Below, piece by piece: positions 23,800-37,470 of a DNA stretch of 64,000 nt. Under the pieces are notes generated by a model, which saw only the letters and a program-made list of their open reading frames with translations, was not told the DNA's origin and did not search any database. How positions within the stretch are numbered: position 1 is the stretch's first letter; each line of letters begins with the position of its first letter. Source of the stretch: Tubiluchus corallicola (taxonomy: Eukaryota; Animalia; Priapulida); NCBI GenBank assembly GCA_030141605.1, contig JAQGDQ010000120.1, forward strand, positions 186,001 through 250,000, given 5' to 3'. A program made the translations under genes and the position numbers.

Positions 23800-25275
23800 T
23801 TAAAGAAAATAATCTGCAGATATTTCGTGCGCCATTAGACCTAGAACATCCAGTAAAATGATGATAAATTTCTCATTTTAAACGATCTGCACCTTTGATA
23901 AAGCACGTTTTAAATAAACGCCAAAGATTTGAAGGGAATGGGGACAATAGGAACTCAGAGAGACTCTGCGATCAAATGAATGCTGAAACTGAGAAAAAAA
24001 TTAAGCAAATTTACAAAAAACAGAAATGGACAGCTGAATGGTGGAAAGCCGCAAATTAGAACTCAGGAAAACTAATATGCACCATCCATCCTTTGTACTG
24101 AATATTCAACGCCCGATATAAATAACCACTTTGTGAAAGTTAATACGGAGGAAAATTACAATGGGTTGTTTGTCCTAGAAATGCACGCCGAACGAGCAAC
24201 CCAGGTCTCCAACCTTTGTTTGATGCAACGAACTGTTCCTAGTGTTTGGAAAAACCAAAGATTGTTATGCCAATACATTGTTTCAAAGTAAATTCACCAG
24301 CTCCTTTCGATGAACTTAGACCAATTTCAGTCTTACCTAAGCTATTTGAAACATTGTATATAGAATCTAATGTAAATGGAAAGCAGAAAACTAAGACAGC
24401 ATTTTATAACTACGCATGAAAAATAACCAGTACGTTTGCGTTCGAATACTTGTACGCTCATTGACTGTCGCCATCGAATATCTTTGAGTCTTAGCAATAG
24501 ATTTCAGCAAAGCTAACAGTGTTGTAAACCACACCATTTTGATAAACAACTTCATTCAAAATAGTGTAGCATCATTTTCTCCAAAATCATAAGTGATTTC
24601 GTACAACTTCGAAGCCAAACAACGAAAGTCAACGGATTCGTTATCACTAAAGGAGACCCTCAATGAATTGTGAGCGGTCCCTACTGCTTTGCTGTAATAA
24701 TCAACGTTACACATCCAGTTAAGAAGGACACTTAAATCGTCAAATTCGCAAACGACATCCGTATCAGTCAAAAGTATCATCATACGGTGATGAGTTTCAA
24801 AACGTGCAAAAGTCGCGTAACGATAACAAAATGTCGTTAAATGTTTCCAAGACAAAGGAAATGGTGCTGTCATGAAAAAATGGTAACTGGTGACATAAAT
24901 ATTACAGAGAATCAGAAGTGTCACACTAGAACTTCATATCACTGGAATTGTGTCATAGTTCAGAATTACAAACTAACTCAAAACATCTGGGACCCTGCAG
25001 AGAAGTGCGGCATGAAAAAACCAAAACATAGTGTTGAAACACTATTAGATAAAAAGACGATAAAATGTCTTCTTATGTCTTTCTAAAAGTGTCTACACGC
25101 ATCCTATGTATGAGCTTCTTTCTCCTAACAGGAAAATTGAAAACTTAAAAGCTAACAAAAGCATATATTCTAGACCACAACTGAAAATTGAAAGGGCAAT
25201 GCAGAGTTTTATTTATAGGTGTGTTTTTAAAAATAATTATAATTAATTGTTTTTGAATACTTGCGAATAAATGAC
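23800..25275 (+). mobile_element. Degenerate L2-clade-like LINE ORF2 remnant
   Basis: Fragments translate to VPSVWK, ELRPISVLPKLFE, DFSKA, GDPQ*IVSGPYCFAVIIN (GVPQG..LGP), KFAND (YADD), HPMYELL and RPQLKIERAMQSF, followed by AATAAA near 25266. Confidence 0.8.
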
Positions 25276-26972
25276 CGATTTTCATATTGTTAGCTGCATT
25301 TTGAAGCAAATGTACTTAACTGGGTTTTTGAATCTGTCAGCAAATAATCTTTCGTTCCATGCACAAATAGCTTAGCATAATACAAATATCCAGCTACATA
25401 CAATAGGTCCTTTATCAAGTTGGCTTTAGAGTTTGTAGACAACGTGTTTTTGAAGTCTGCAAATATGAATGCGATTACAGTTATTAATTTCAAAACAAAA
25501 ATTTTTTTTGTGTCCCTAGCCTGTGAATTGATAATTCCATAATCATTATTTCCTTAAGGGCGTTTGAGAATTTCGCATTTTAAACGATTTACATTGTGAT
25601 GATATTCCTACACTGAAACTTATTAATTTCACAATAATTATTAGTACTCTGAGCAGTAACATGTACGATGAACAATTCTTTGGAGGGATAACGATAAGTA
25701 TAAAAGGTGCAGCTGATGTCATTAAAAGTCATTGTCATCTGAATGACTCTTAATGGCCGACCCCACATGATTTGCTCATGTAAATTCAGCAATAGTTTAT
25801 ATAGTTAGTGTTCTCATTTTTTGGACAAAAATAGATCCACACAACGTCGCTCACACAGAATGTGCAAGCATAGACCTGTAAAAATAGTTATCGTTTATTG
25901 CGCTCTGATTCTCTACAACTTTTGAATGAATTCTAATATTTGATTCCCGAAATACCTTCTTCTAAGTCTTTGGGAGTGAGACAAATGCTTTAAAAGTGAC
26001 CTCATTGATCTCATAAGATTACTTGGTCACGTTCGGACAAGACTTAACAAATAGCCTGGCATTTATTGCGCCATTAATGAGCCCAATATTCCTGCTTCAC
26101 CACACACACATAAGGAATTATTAATTATTTCCCAGGCTTCTGCTTCCCGAACCGTCGAGATTAAGGTACTTATTCGACGGCGCGATTATTAATCCAATGC
26201 AGTACTGCAAATCCCCTAACCTGTCAGATACTGATGCTTAATTTCGTCCATATAATGGCACATGCCGCATTCCTGTTGCTAATCCTGTTTCGGGAATTAA
26301 TGCATCAGGGGCAGTCGAATTTAAACAGCGCAAATATCGTAATAATCAGCATCAGCATGCATAATCAGCTGCTTGTTACTCGTGTTGCTAATTATTTCGA
26401 ACTCAACAAAAGCATGCAGTTCGTGCGGAGACAAAGGTACGGCAGGCTTGGCGATAGCAAGTCGAAACTGTGAATTTTACGGATAGAAATGTCATAAAAG
26501 TATCTGTCTGTTTATCTGACTGTTTGTCTGTTTCTGTCTTTCTCCTCTCTCCCCCCTCTCTCTTTTTGACTTCTGCATCATACCTAGTACCTAACTATGG
26601 TGTAACGGCTATGAATGCTACAAGCAGATGCAAGCGAAGCAGTTGTCAACAAATGGCAACACATTCTAAAAATGGCTGCACGCACTATTGGGCCTGTACA
26701 TTCTACACAAATGGCCACAAATCAGCTTGTGTGTTGACTTCCATAAAGTGTAGAATTGAAAAGCACATTGTAGTATATAAGTGGGCGGGAATGTAAATCT
26801 ACATGCCTAAACCGTAAATATAGACTGGTGATTAGATTACTTTAATTTTAGCATAAAAGCCACATAAAAAAGTCACCCTAAAATACTACATGCAATAAAT
26901 AAAAACAATATGACATGCTTATCCTGCCGTTGTTCATTATATTTCATCAGAAAGCTTCTCGTTTCTCGTTTC

Positions 26973-27292
26973 TTTCTCGTCAATGTGTGTTAGGAAAATT
27001 CCGGAATAAATCAGCACAAAATGACTGTTGTTGACCTAAAATTTTCCCGGGACAACAACTGTAAGTTTCGAAATCCCCCTACATTAAACTAACATGAGAA
27101 TACAGATCTGCTTTTTGTTTCCTTAGTGATGGCTGAAGCGATGTAAAAAACAAAATTTTAGTGAATGTACTAAAATAAGCTATGGCTTAAAAATAGACAA
27201 AAAATGCTTAATAAGAATGTGTAATTTTGTGTCAACCGTGGCTATCTATATTGATTTATTCCAGAATTTTTCTTGGATTCACTAACGAGAAA
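26973..27292. mobile_element. Old MITE-like inverted-repeat element
   Basis: tttctcgt...aggaaaattccggaataaatca...gttgac.taaaatt mirrored by aatttt.gtcaac...tgatttattccagaatttttctt...acgagaaa. Confidence 0.65.
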
Positions 27293-29057
27293 AATGCACG
27301 AAAAGACCTTGTGAAACAGTGCAGAGCAGCAGGGAGCGCTGATTGTGTTCGTCTTCAATTTTGTATCGATGGACATAACAAAGAAAAGCTTCGAATATAA
27401 TGGAAGGACACAATGGAAGAACGAATTTCTGTAGGAATCAATTAATTCTGTGATGAAATTTATTTGATTACGTGCATTGTATCCTGAAAATAATAACTGT
27501 TCGTTATGTAGTAAATTTCGGTAGGGCGTAAATTCAGCTATTTTCGATAACTTACGTTCACTGGCAATTATACACTAGTCCTACAAGTGTTAGTTTCTAC
27601 TGGTAGCTCCATTCAGCAGGTATAGCCATGTGTAAAAAAATAACAAATGCCAAAAGTTTAATAAATAATTAAAAGTTATAAGCGAACGTCCAATGTTTTC
27701 TGTAATAAAAAGGAGCCTTTCACACAACCATCCTCTACTACTGCAACAGATCATGTGGTTATATGAAGAGAGAAGTAAAATTCAATAGTCTGGCAGCATT
27801 GCACATGTCAAATTATCAAATTGCAAAGGGCGAAAGGCTCATGTTGTCACTGATGATAGCTTCATAACTCCCAGTGCACTTGTCATAACCAGGCTGTGAC
27901 ACGATAAGCAATAAAAACGGATAAAAGTGCATTAGATAGAAAAGCCTAATAAAATGTTCATGAAAAATTAAACTAGTGTATTTAAATAGGCGATTTTAAT
28001 ATAAAATTGTTATATATAGAGTAGAAATAATCTAGACTTAATTAAGAGATATTCTGATTTTTGGCATATTTACACGATATATTATGCAGTTCTTCTGGAG
28101 GATTTTGTTAGAGAAGGGTATTTGCAAGGGTAAAATGCATTGTAATTGCTTGTAATTAAAAATTCCCTGAAGCTCTGCGAGATCTAAAATTGTAACTTCA
28201 CAAAAGAGTGTATAGAGAGTTGAAAAGAAATGCAGCTCAGTTTGTGCAAGGCCATGAAAAAATAAAATAAACACGCAGTCCAACAAATAAAGAAAAGTAG
28301 CGAAAGCATGTTGATTGTTGCAAATAACAAAACGAACACAAGAATGGTAAAACAAACAAGACATATTTTACTCAGACTGAATGAAACAGGTGATACTTTT
28401 TATGTCTTTAATTTTCATTATTTCCCTTCCCCTTTATGGCCTATTTAAGGCGGTTTAAATTAAAGAGAAAAGCCATTAACTGCAGTCGTCTTTCCGGTCC
28501 AATGCTTAGATAACGGTTTATTGCAAATTGCGAAATCCGTATCATCTGTCAGCATGCCTTGTAGTTAACCAATACGTAAACCTTCGTAACTATACGAACT
28601 GAAACTGTGATTAAATTATGCCAACATTTATACTTATCCAGTTGTATCCTTGCAAGATTACTTATTGCAGAGTAGTTTCATATCACTGCTTATGTTAAAT
28701 ACGTTCTATGCACAGTTACGTAAATATTTAATCAAATGATCAGTTACCGTGCCGTACCAAGCAAAATAATTCGTCCAGTTATAGAATTATTAATTACATA
28801 CTAACCTGCTCACTAGTGACCAGTGATGCCCGAAAACTCCACGTAGTGACGTGCTTATATAGGACATCATGCATGATAATTTTTGTTGTTAAACGTATAT
28901 CTTTTTTCTTGACTTAATATAGATGTTGTTAGATTACCATTATTGCCTAACCCCCTGTACAATTTTTTAGTCAATAACATTTATCTATAGATTTGGCATA
29001 CATGGTACGGTAGCTGATCATTTGCTTAATATTTACGTAACTGCGCATAAAAAGTTA

Positions 29058-29162
<105 letters not shown>

Positions 29163-29959
29163 CTACTGCTACACTGCTACCTACTACAGTACTCTACTAT
29201 TACTGCCTCACTCCATGCACATATAAATATATATATATACACACACGCACGCATTTCATTTCTGTTTTCCACATAGTGTTTACATTTCATTTATTTTTAA
29301 GTTACAGGAAAGGTCACTTAGCACACTGGGTTTATTTTACACTGGTATCCTTTCCTAGTATCGCTTAACCTTGTGCATCGTGGCTTTCCATAAGGGCTCT
29401 ACTGAAACTATTCACACGTCCGCAGCTTACCTAATATTGACGCAAAAATATAACAAAATTAGCTACCCGATTCTTTGTAAAAAATGATCATACTTTAGAC
29501 AGAAATTGACAGTGCGCTCCTTTTCATCAGGCGATAAATGACATCATTGGTGGAAAAATGGGCGTTCATCGCGACTTTAAAGTGATTTTACTAGTTACAC
29601 GAGGCGCTAATTATACTTTTATTAGCAAATTCTTCTAACATTTTTCGCGAGGACTGAAATAAGCCTACCTTCCCAGAAGGCTTGGCCTTTCCTTTAACGT
29701 CTTTCTGCTACGACAACAAGCCTGCAGATTTAGAAAACGTTATACTCTCATTATCAATGGCTTTAATATTCTTTTTCTCGAGTGGATTTTCCGTTTTGAT
29801 ATCGTCACACTGAGTAAATTCCTGCTTTATAAGAGGATTGCAATATTTAGATTCGTGGCTCATAATTGAAGTCGAACAAACAAAGTTATTTTTTATTGAA
29901 AATATGGTGAAACGGTTTAGGATGCAGGGTCAACGTGGTGATGGAACGTCGACAGTGTG

Positions 29960-31210
29960 ACTACTTACTTAATAAGTTTTAGCAAACCTTTTGAAAGTAT
30001 GTAACGATGGTGCGTCTTTCACATAATTTGGAAGTGTATTCCAAAGCATAGCTCCTGAGTAATAAATTGTACGCTTACCTTGCTCAAGCTTAACAGCATT
30101 TACATATAGCTGATTAGATGATATTAATTGTGACCTTGTGACACAGTTATGAACACTTGTAATGTTCTAACTCAGGTCTGACTCAAATCGAAATTCTGAC
30201 TCAGATATAACGAGCAGTTTTATTTAAACATTCGTACATCATTATTACGCTCAGTAATCTCTTCTCTGTTTTACTTTCATTAACTTTAATTCATTATACC
30301 TGCCATTAACATGGTAATCTCGGGTACTACAATCCAGGATTATTCTCAATGCTCTGTTCTGTAATTTTTGAATGCAGTCAATATATTTATAAAACATGGC
30401 TCTCCATGCAACAGAACAATAATCTGTATACTAAGATAGCATTAAACAAAGTTTTCAGGGTATTCTGTGGGCCGTCTCTACTGACCTTTTTAAGAACCCA
30501 GATTTTTTGTGATATTTTACCAGTAATTTTAAAAGATGTTTGTTCCATTTTAAATTGGGGTCAAAGTGAAGTCCTAAATATTTTATTCTATTGACAATTT
30601 CAATTCGACTACTGTAGTAACAAATTAAATTCACTAATATCTTGTAATTTGTTATTTGTCCCAAACAACATTGCTTTAGTTTTGCTCATATTTAAAGTTA
30701 GGTTATTGTCACTCATCCAGACTGCAATATTACTGACGTCTTTATTCAAATGGATTTCAAGAGTGGTTAAACAATTTGACTTAGACATAATAGCAGTATC
30801 AACAGCATATTACACCATTTTACTGCGACGTACCATTTTTGTAAAGTCGTTAATGAACATTATAAACAATAAAGGGCCTAAAATTGAGTCTTGTGTCCCA
30901 CAGATATTTTGCAAAAATTAGACATTAACAACAGTACATTGTTCTCTGTCATACAAGTAGTTTGAAAACCAATCCTTTGCTTTTGATGCCAAGCCGCTTT
31001 TCAAGTTTCTCAATTAATATTTGGTGATTAACGGTGTCAGCTTTTTTCAAATCTAGGAAGATCACACCTGTATGTTCACAATTGTCTATATTTGCTAAAA
31101 TGTAATCTGTAACATTGGCAATTGCTGTCATCGTACCATGGTCTTTCCTGAACCTCGACTGCTCGTTAATTAACAAGTCATTTTTAGCAAGGAACCTGGC
31201 TAACTCATAG
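29960..31210 (-). mobile_element. Degenerate CR1/L2-type LINE reverse transcriptase, 5'-truncated
   Basis: QSRFRKDHGTMTAIANVTD...GVIFLDLKKADTVNHQILIEKL, IKYLGLHFDPNLKWNKH and C-terminal YSGAMLWNTLP, spread over frameshifted ORFs. Confidence 0.9.
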
Positions 31211-31733
31211 TATCAATTTTTAATAGCCAGGATTGTATCTTATACATGTATAAGAAGTATAAGGATGAATGTGCTTACTCACGCACACACGCACTACAGA
31301 AATTCTGAAATCAAGATGCAGAACTAGTTGTCACTTTGTGCGGTCCGATGAAGGTTTCCTTACTTTCCCTTGTAGGGCTAGAAGACTGACAACATGTACA
31401 AATAAAGGTGATTTGTAATAGCCGGGCGAGTAATGCTGACAGTTGACGGCTAACTGAATTCTAGGTGATATTTAATTGGTATAGGGTATAGGTAATTGGT
31501 CTAGGCGATATGTGGATGATATCTGAGAAAAATTATTGTTGTCAAATTCGACTCAGAAAACCACCAACGTGGTAGTGTGAAATTTACCCTCGTGAAAATT
31601 GATACAAATTAATTTCTAGCTACAGCACACCTTGTATTAACAACAAGTATTAAATACTGTTACAAAAAAAATTCATGTAAGTAGGGGAGATGGCGTGCGG
31701 AGAGAGAAAGCGGAGTGCGAGTGAGAGACAATG

Positions 31734-32031
<298 letters not shown>

Positions 32032-33619
32032 AGTTCATCAACAAGTAAAGTTGTCAATAATAATTCAGTAGTTCGATAAAAACACAAATCTTTTTTTATG
32101 ATTTAAGAATTAGTTATCTGTTATCTTTCAATTACCGCGAGTATTAAGTATGACTATTGTTGTTAGCTCGGGCAATAGCTGTCAGTGTCAACTCTGAGAA
32201 GTGATGGAAAACGCCTAAGAGGTGACTTTTATTACTTTACAACGGAAGCACAAGAGCGCTCTCCAACATCGACCATTACTTTGATTTTTATAGTTGTGCA
32301 AATGTGACTATGGAATAGCTCCTAGACTTAATGTTGCTTCAACACGAGCAGAGAATACTTCGCTTAAAGTCAATAATTTGAAAAAAGGGCAAATGCTACG
32401 TGTGTCAAAACTTTGTTTGCTGTTATGCGGTGCTAGTAGTAGCGAATGCGTTTCACACAGTTGAACGAAATGGTTTGGAATGTGCCTTGTAGATCGCAAA
32501 ACACTCGTTGTCGTCAAACTCGTCAAGTTTACATCTAACAGGTGCCGCCATTTTTAGTACAGGGCACAGATGCTTTTGGACAAATAGGCCTGCACCTTAA
32601 TTGCCGGGAGAACAATTACTCTACAAAAATGTACAGCAGCAGAAAATATAGGCAGGCGTAATTATTAAAAAATAATATATTCAGGCAGAAAAATTGTAGA
32701 TGTATAGGTCTATTCCTGTACGTGACAGAATGAGTAAATACTATAATTTTGCCAATAAGGCATAGGCTGTGCTTAGAGCTATGCCAATTTCTATTAAAGA
32801 CAAATGAAAAAGTTTACTTCGGGTGCCAGACTAGTACAAGATTTTTTGGTGTTTACGTCAAGTTACGTGTTGTAAATATTTATTTTTCACTTTATATAAT
32901 ATTTCCAGATCAAACTCAGTGCAGAGGCAATTGTATCCTGTACTAAGTCAATGTGATTGTATCCTGTACTGTCTCGAGTCTTATAACAGCAAAACTGGCT
33001 TTGGAAGAATCTTCTGCTAGTATCTTATTACATAAATCATCCTAGCACCACGAAACTCAGATTTTGATTTAAGAATATCTTGTAAAATGGTGTTAATCAG
33101 ATTTTTTCGTCCTTAAACTCCAGGAAAGCCAATAAGATCCCGATAAGATCCCGTGAAACTGATTTAGCTATTTCAGCTGTATATTTTTGGTATGGTTGAG
33201 TTACAGGCTGTAAGTTGTAAGGAAACAGTAAAATCAAGCACCTGTTTTATCTTGGTAAAGAAAACAGGGTTTTACGTGGATTATCACCGTTTGATATGAG
33301 AGAAAAAGCTTTGACCAGAGACAAAAATTCCTTTAGATTCCCGTTCTGTAATCAATAAAATGTGCTAAAATTTCCAAAAGTGTTAGCGAAAACACCCTAA
33401 AATCTTCATCTGACGTTTAAAACGAGAAACTTGAAAAAAGGCAAAGTCGTAATATTTTGTAAACTTGAGCTCATTAAGGACATATTAAATAATAAAATCG
33501 GATATGACAGTATAACAATATGATATTGCAGTGATGAAACAAAATCTATTGAGGGTTTATTATAAGAAAGGTGGCTTCATTGTTTTTATTTATCATCTGT
33601 CGACAATGAATTAAAACCT

Positions 33620-33850
33620 ACTTCCACAAACAATGCTACTTTCCACTCTGTTGATCTATTTAACTGAAGAATCTTTTTTCCAATGTTTCTGTTCCAATGG
33701 TAGGTCGCTCCACATGCTAATTATTGATGTACATACAGTTTTGCGGCCATATTTATTGTGAGTATGTTTTACATTATAAGGTCTGGGGTTAAACGTTATG
33801 TCTTTAAGGAATAGTAGCTTATTTATCTCAAAGGGACTGCTCATCCCATT
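33620..33850 (-). mobile_element. 3' fragment of L2/CR1-type LINE ORF2
   Basis: HTHNKYGRKTVCTSIISMWSDLP resembles the C-terminal xxTNYGKxS...LWNxLP motif. Confidence 0.55.
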
Positions 33851-34388
33851 TATTTATGTCACCAAATCGTAGACATCGAATCGAAGACTCGGCAATAAAA
33901 TTGTCGTTCTTTTCCTCTTGTAATTGCTATTTTGTTAAATTTAAAAACAATGAGGGACTTCTGAAACGCTCTGTCTTTAAACCTAACATACTTATTCAGA
34001 AAAGTGGGTGGAGACTTTTTGTTAACAATCTGGAAATTATACAGTTTGAAAGATTACCACCTGAACCTGAATAATTGATAATTAGTATGACATTAACTCT
34101 GATTTCTGTAACATTTTATGAGTAGAATAGAGTAGCACATTCTAGTTAAAATCGGATCATACAAATTATAAGCATAAGCTATGATGTTTTCACAACCCGC
34201 TGACAAAGAATACATATGAATTACAAAACAAAAATATACCTATAAAGACATTCATCCATGTAAGTAAAAAATCAATAAAAATTAATTTGACATTTAAATT
34301 GCGTGTACCTTTAAAGCCATAGATGTCTTTTAAGAGTGGTTTGTGAACTCAGTTACTGAGGTTAATTATAAATCAATTAATTAGAAGC

Positions 34389-34590
34389 AATTAAACTCAA
34401 TAACCGTTTTGGCGACCTCGACTTGCCGTGAGTTTATTGTGCTACCTAGATGATGACGCCGGGATGCAATTCTTCTGAGTTTCAACTGCGTGCGCACTGG
34501 CATTGTTTGCGAATTGGTCAGGAACTCTGCATTGAGGTGGAGAGAGATAGGTCGAGGTCGGGGTCGCCAAAACGGTTATTGAGTTTAATT
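34389..34590. mobile_element. ~200-bp MITE with 29-bp perfect inverted termini
   Basis: AATTAAACTCAATAACCGTTTTGGCGACC at 34389-34417 and its exact reverse complement ending at 34590. The outer TTAA/TAA may be the TSD. Confidence 0.9.
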
Positions 34591-35955
34591 ATTTTTCTGT
34601 ATATTGACTGCCATAATAAACGTTTTTGTTCATCATCAATAAGTTCTAAGTTTTATTTCTTGCCTCGACCACCAGTTAACACAACTCCCTGAAAACCTCA
34701 ATTGTAAATGAAAAGTCATGCAGTTAAAGTGAGTACGTTTTAGTATTTCGCTATGGTTCTTGTTGTAATGTTCATCTAACTTGACAAATGGATTTGAAGC
34801 TTGAGTGTGCCGATTTTAGTATTCAATTCTGTGTAATTTGCAGTGTAGTGCATTGAGACACTTCGTAAGTTTTTGTTTATTAAGTTTTGGCAGATTTGTA
34901 TCTGTTTGCCCCCATGCTGATCAGTGTATTTGTTTGAGGTAGAGTTATATAGTTTAAGTTGCTCATTCCCAATTATCTATATCTAACATACGTTTAATGT
35001 TGTAGTTCTGTTAGTGTAGCGTAGTTGAGTGTAACGAAGTTAAACTGACGGATTGCAGTTAGTAAAGCTGTCACTATACAGCTTTGTGTGTGTAAGAATT
35101 TGATGTAAATTGCCCATACAGTCTGGTCAATTTAGGGGAGCCATGTAACTGCGCTTACCTGACGGTGCTGCTCCCTATTAATGATCGGCAGGCATTGTTG
35201 CGTCGTCCAGTTTTTGCGTTTAGTGAACAATGGACGGCTTGCTGGCAGGTGCTAGAACACGCGTTTACGAGATTGTCGTGAGGTTTATGAGGTTACTGTG
35301 TGAGGTTATCAAGTTAATTTACGTGTTTCGTTAGCAGAAATAAATGTTAATGTCGTAAACTTAACTTTGGATGTTGCCTAAATTTATCTCTTGCCTTACA
35401 TGGTCTCCGTTAAACGTTTTAGCGCATTAGCCAGCACATTACAAACGGCAAACTAGGTTTATATCACGCACAACAAATGTACTACCTATGTCTTTGCATA
35501 ATGTTGCAATACCCTGAAATTGCGAACAGAATTTAAAACCTGGTCGCTTAAAAGCCCCAATCGTACTGCACGACATTGCAATAAAATAAGATTCAATCAT
35601 TGATACTACTACTAATAGAAAGACGGGTCAAAAAGTTTTACTGTAAATGCCAACACCATTTTCAAAGAGGCTCCCATTAACAGTTTGAAAAGAAAGGCAA
35701 AGCTACAGGAGCAAATCTTAGTGATAATCAAACTGAGAAAATGTTCAAGCTATTCCTTTGCAAATAAAAACAGACTTCATCAGAATATTTAAAAAGTGTA
35801 TGTGAATTACAAATTTTACCATGATTAATGGTTAGTTTAATTGCATTTTGCATTATAAATTAAATTGCATTGTAAGCAAATTTGTTTCTTTGCTGAAAAT
35901 TTTGTGCTCGAATCTTGGTGCATCTAATGTTGTCTTCTTCAAGTGCAATTATATA

Positions 35956-36185
35956 GCCTATTACTATTCTGATGTCACTGTAAATGTCTGTTTTGACTTA
36001 GCTTATTACTATTCTGAAGTCACTGTAAATGTCTACTTTGATTTAGCTTATTACAATTCTGAAGTCACTGTAAATGTCTGCTTTGATTTAGCTTATTACA
36101 ATTGTGAAGTCACTGAAAATGTCTGCTTTAATTTAGATTATTACTATTCTGGAATCATTGTAAATGTCTATTTTCGATTTAGCTA
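35956..36185. repeat. 45-bp minisatellite, ~5 copies
   Basis: Unit gcttattactattctgaagtcactgtaaatgtctactttgattta; gives the AYYYSEVTVNVYFDL periodic ORF. Confidence 0.93.
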
Positions 36186-36273
36186 TTTCTATTTACTAAT
36201 CTGAAGCTTATGAATATTATGAATTAAGATGTTTTATATTCTGAAAATAAGTGATGTTTTGTGAAAATAAACT

Positions 36274-36582
36274 ATCTAATCTAATCTAATCTAATCTAAT
36301 CTAATCTCTAATCTAATCTAATCTAATCTAATCTAATCAGATCTGATCTGATCTGATCTGATCTGATCTGATCTGATCTGATCTGATCTGATCTGATCTG
36401 ATCTGATCTGATCTGATCTGATCTGATCTGATCTGATCTGATCTGATCTGATCTGATCTGATCTGATCTGATCTGATCTGATCTGATCTAATCTAATCTA
36501 ATCTAATCTAATCTAATCTAATCTAATCTAATCTAATCTAATCTAATCTAATCTAATCTGATCTAATCTAATCTTATCTTAT
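36274..36582. repeat. (TCTAA)n-(TCTGA)n-(TCTAA)n pentanucleotide array, probably an expanded retroelement tail
   Basis: Directly visible; starts right after AATAAA at ~36266. Confidence 0.95.
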
Positions 36583-37354
36583 CGCAAGCCACTATCGTTA
36601 ACACAAAGTGTGTCAAAGGAAGGAAACAGAGCCATAGGACAGCCGACCTAATTTTACTAAATGCAAGTAATGATAACGGCATAGTTAAGCAGGAAATGTT
36701 CCATTTACACAGGAAATAATACAGTGAATGCAGAACAAACTCTGAAAGTACCCAAAAACAAAAACAACAACAACAACAGTGGCAAGAATGACAGAATAGA
36801 GTGATTGCGAAATGTCGATCAACCACCGGGGGTCCACCTTGCAATGGCCAATCAGGCGCTTTAGCTGACTAGCTACTTCCATACTTCAAAGGTTAGTCAC
36901 GGTAGAGCACGGTAAACGCGCATGCAGAATTCTTAAGCATACCAATAACTGTGAAATTGACATGATTAGATTATTTTTACTTAAACAAAAACTCATAGTC
37001 AAAAAGACGGACAAATATTGCCGATAAAACATGCAAGTAGCTTCGTGAAAAACTGAATTTCTTCAAAATTAATAAAAGTCATGCTTTCTCTTTCAGAGTT
37101 CCAAGGTAGTTAGCTTTCCATTTTTTCTGATTTGAGAATTTGAAGTTATATAATATAACCTGTGGAGTACATCAGGGGTTTGTTCTCGGATATCTACTGG
37201 TGTTAATTTTAACCTTAATGGCGTTATTGGCGTCCTTCCATGACAATAGTTCTAGTGTGCTTAAAATGGAAAGCAGTGTGATCTTGTAATTACATTTAAA
37301 GATCTGCTCAGTAGATTTGTTGGCAATTTTATCTCAGTTCTTTGGTGGGTGGAC

Positions 37355-37470
37355 GATGGGGGTAGCCATGCGGTAACAGTGTGAATTTAACGACCAAAGC
37401 GACACCGAAGCTGGTCATTGAATGAATGGGTGACCACCGGGGACGAACAAGGACGTTCTCGCCCATAAAC
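37355..37470 (+). mobile_element. Decayed SINE with tRNA-like A-box and 5S rRNA-like segment
   Basis: GGTAGCCATGCGGTAA followed by AAGCGACACCGAAGCTGGTCATTGAATGAATGGGTGACCACCGGGGA, resembling the 5S internal control region AAGC...CTGGTTAGTACTTGGATGGGTGACCGCCTGGGA. Confidence 0.55.

Noticed and set aside
35848-36204. 118-aa repeat protein ORF (AYYYSEVTVNVYFDL)n
   Set aside because: TTG start; periodicity is explained by a 45-bp minisatellite; no splice or homology support.
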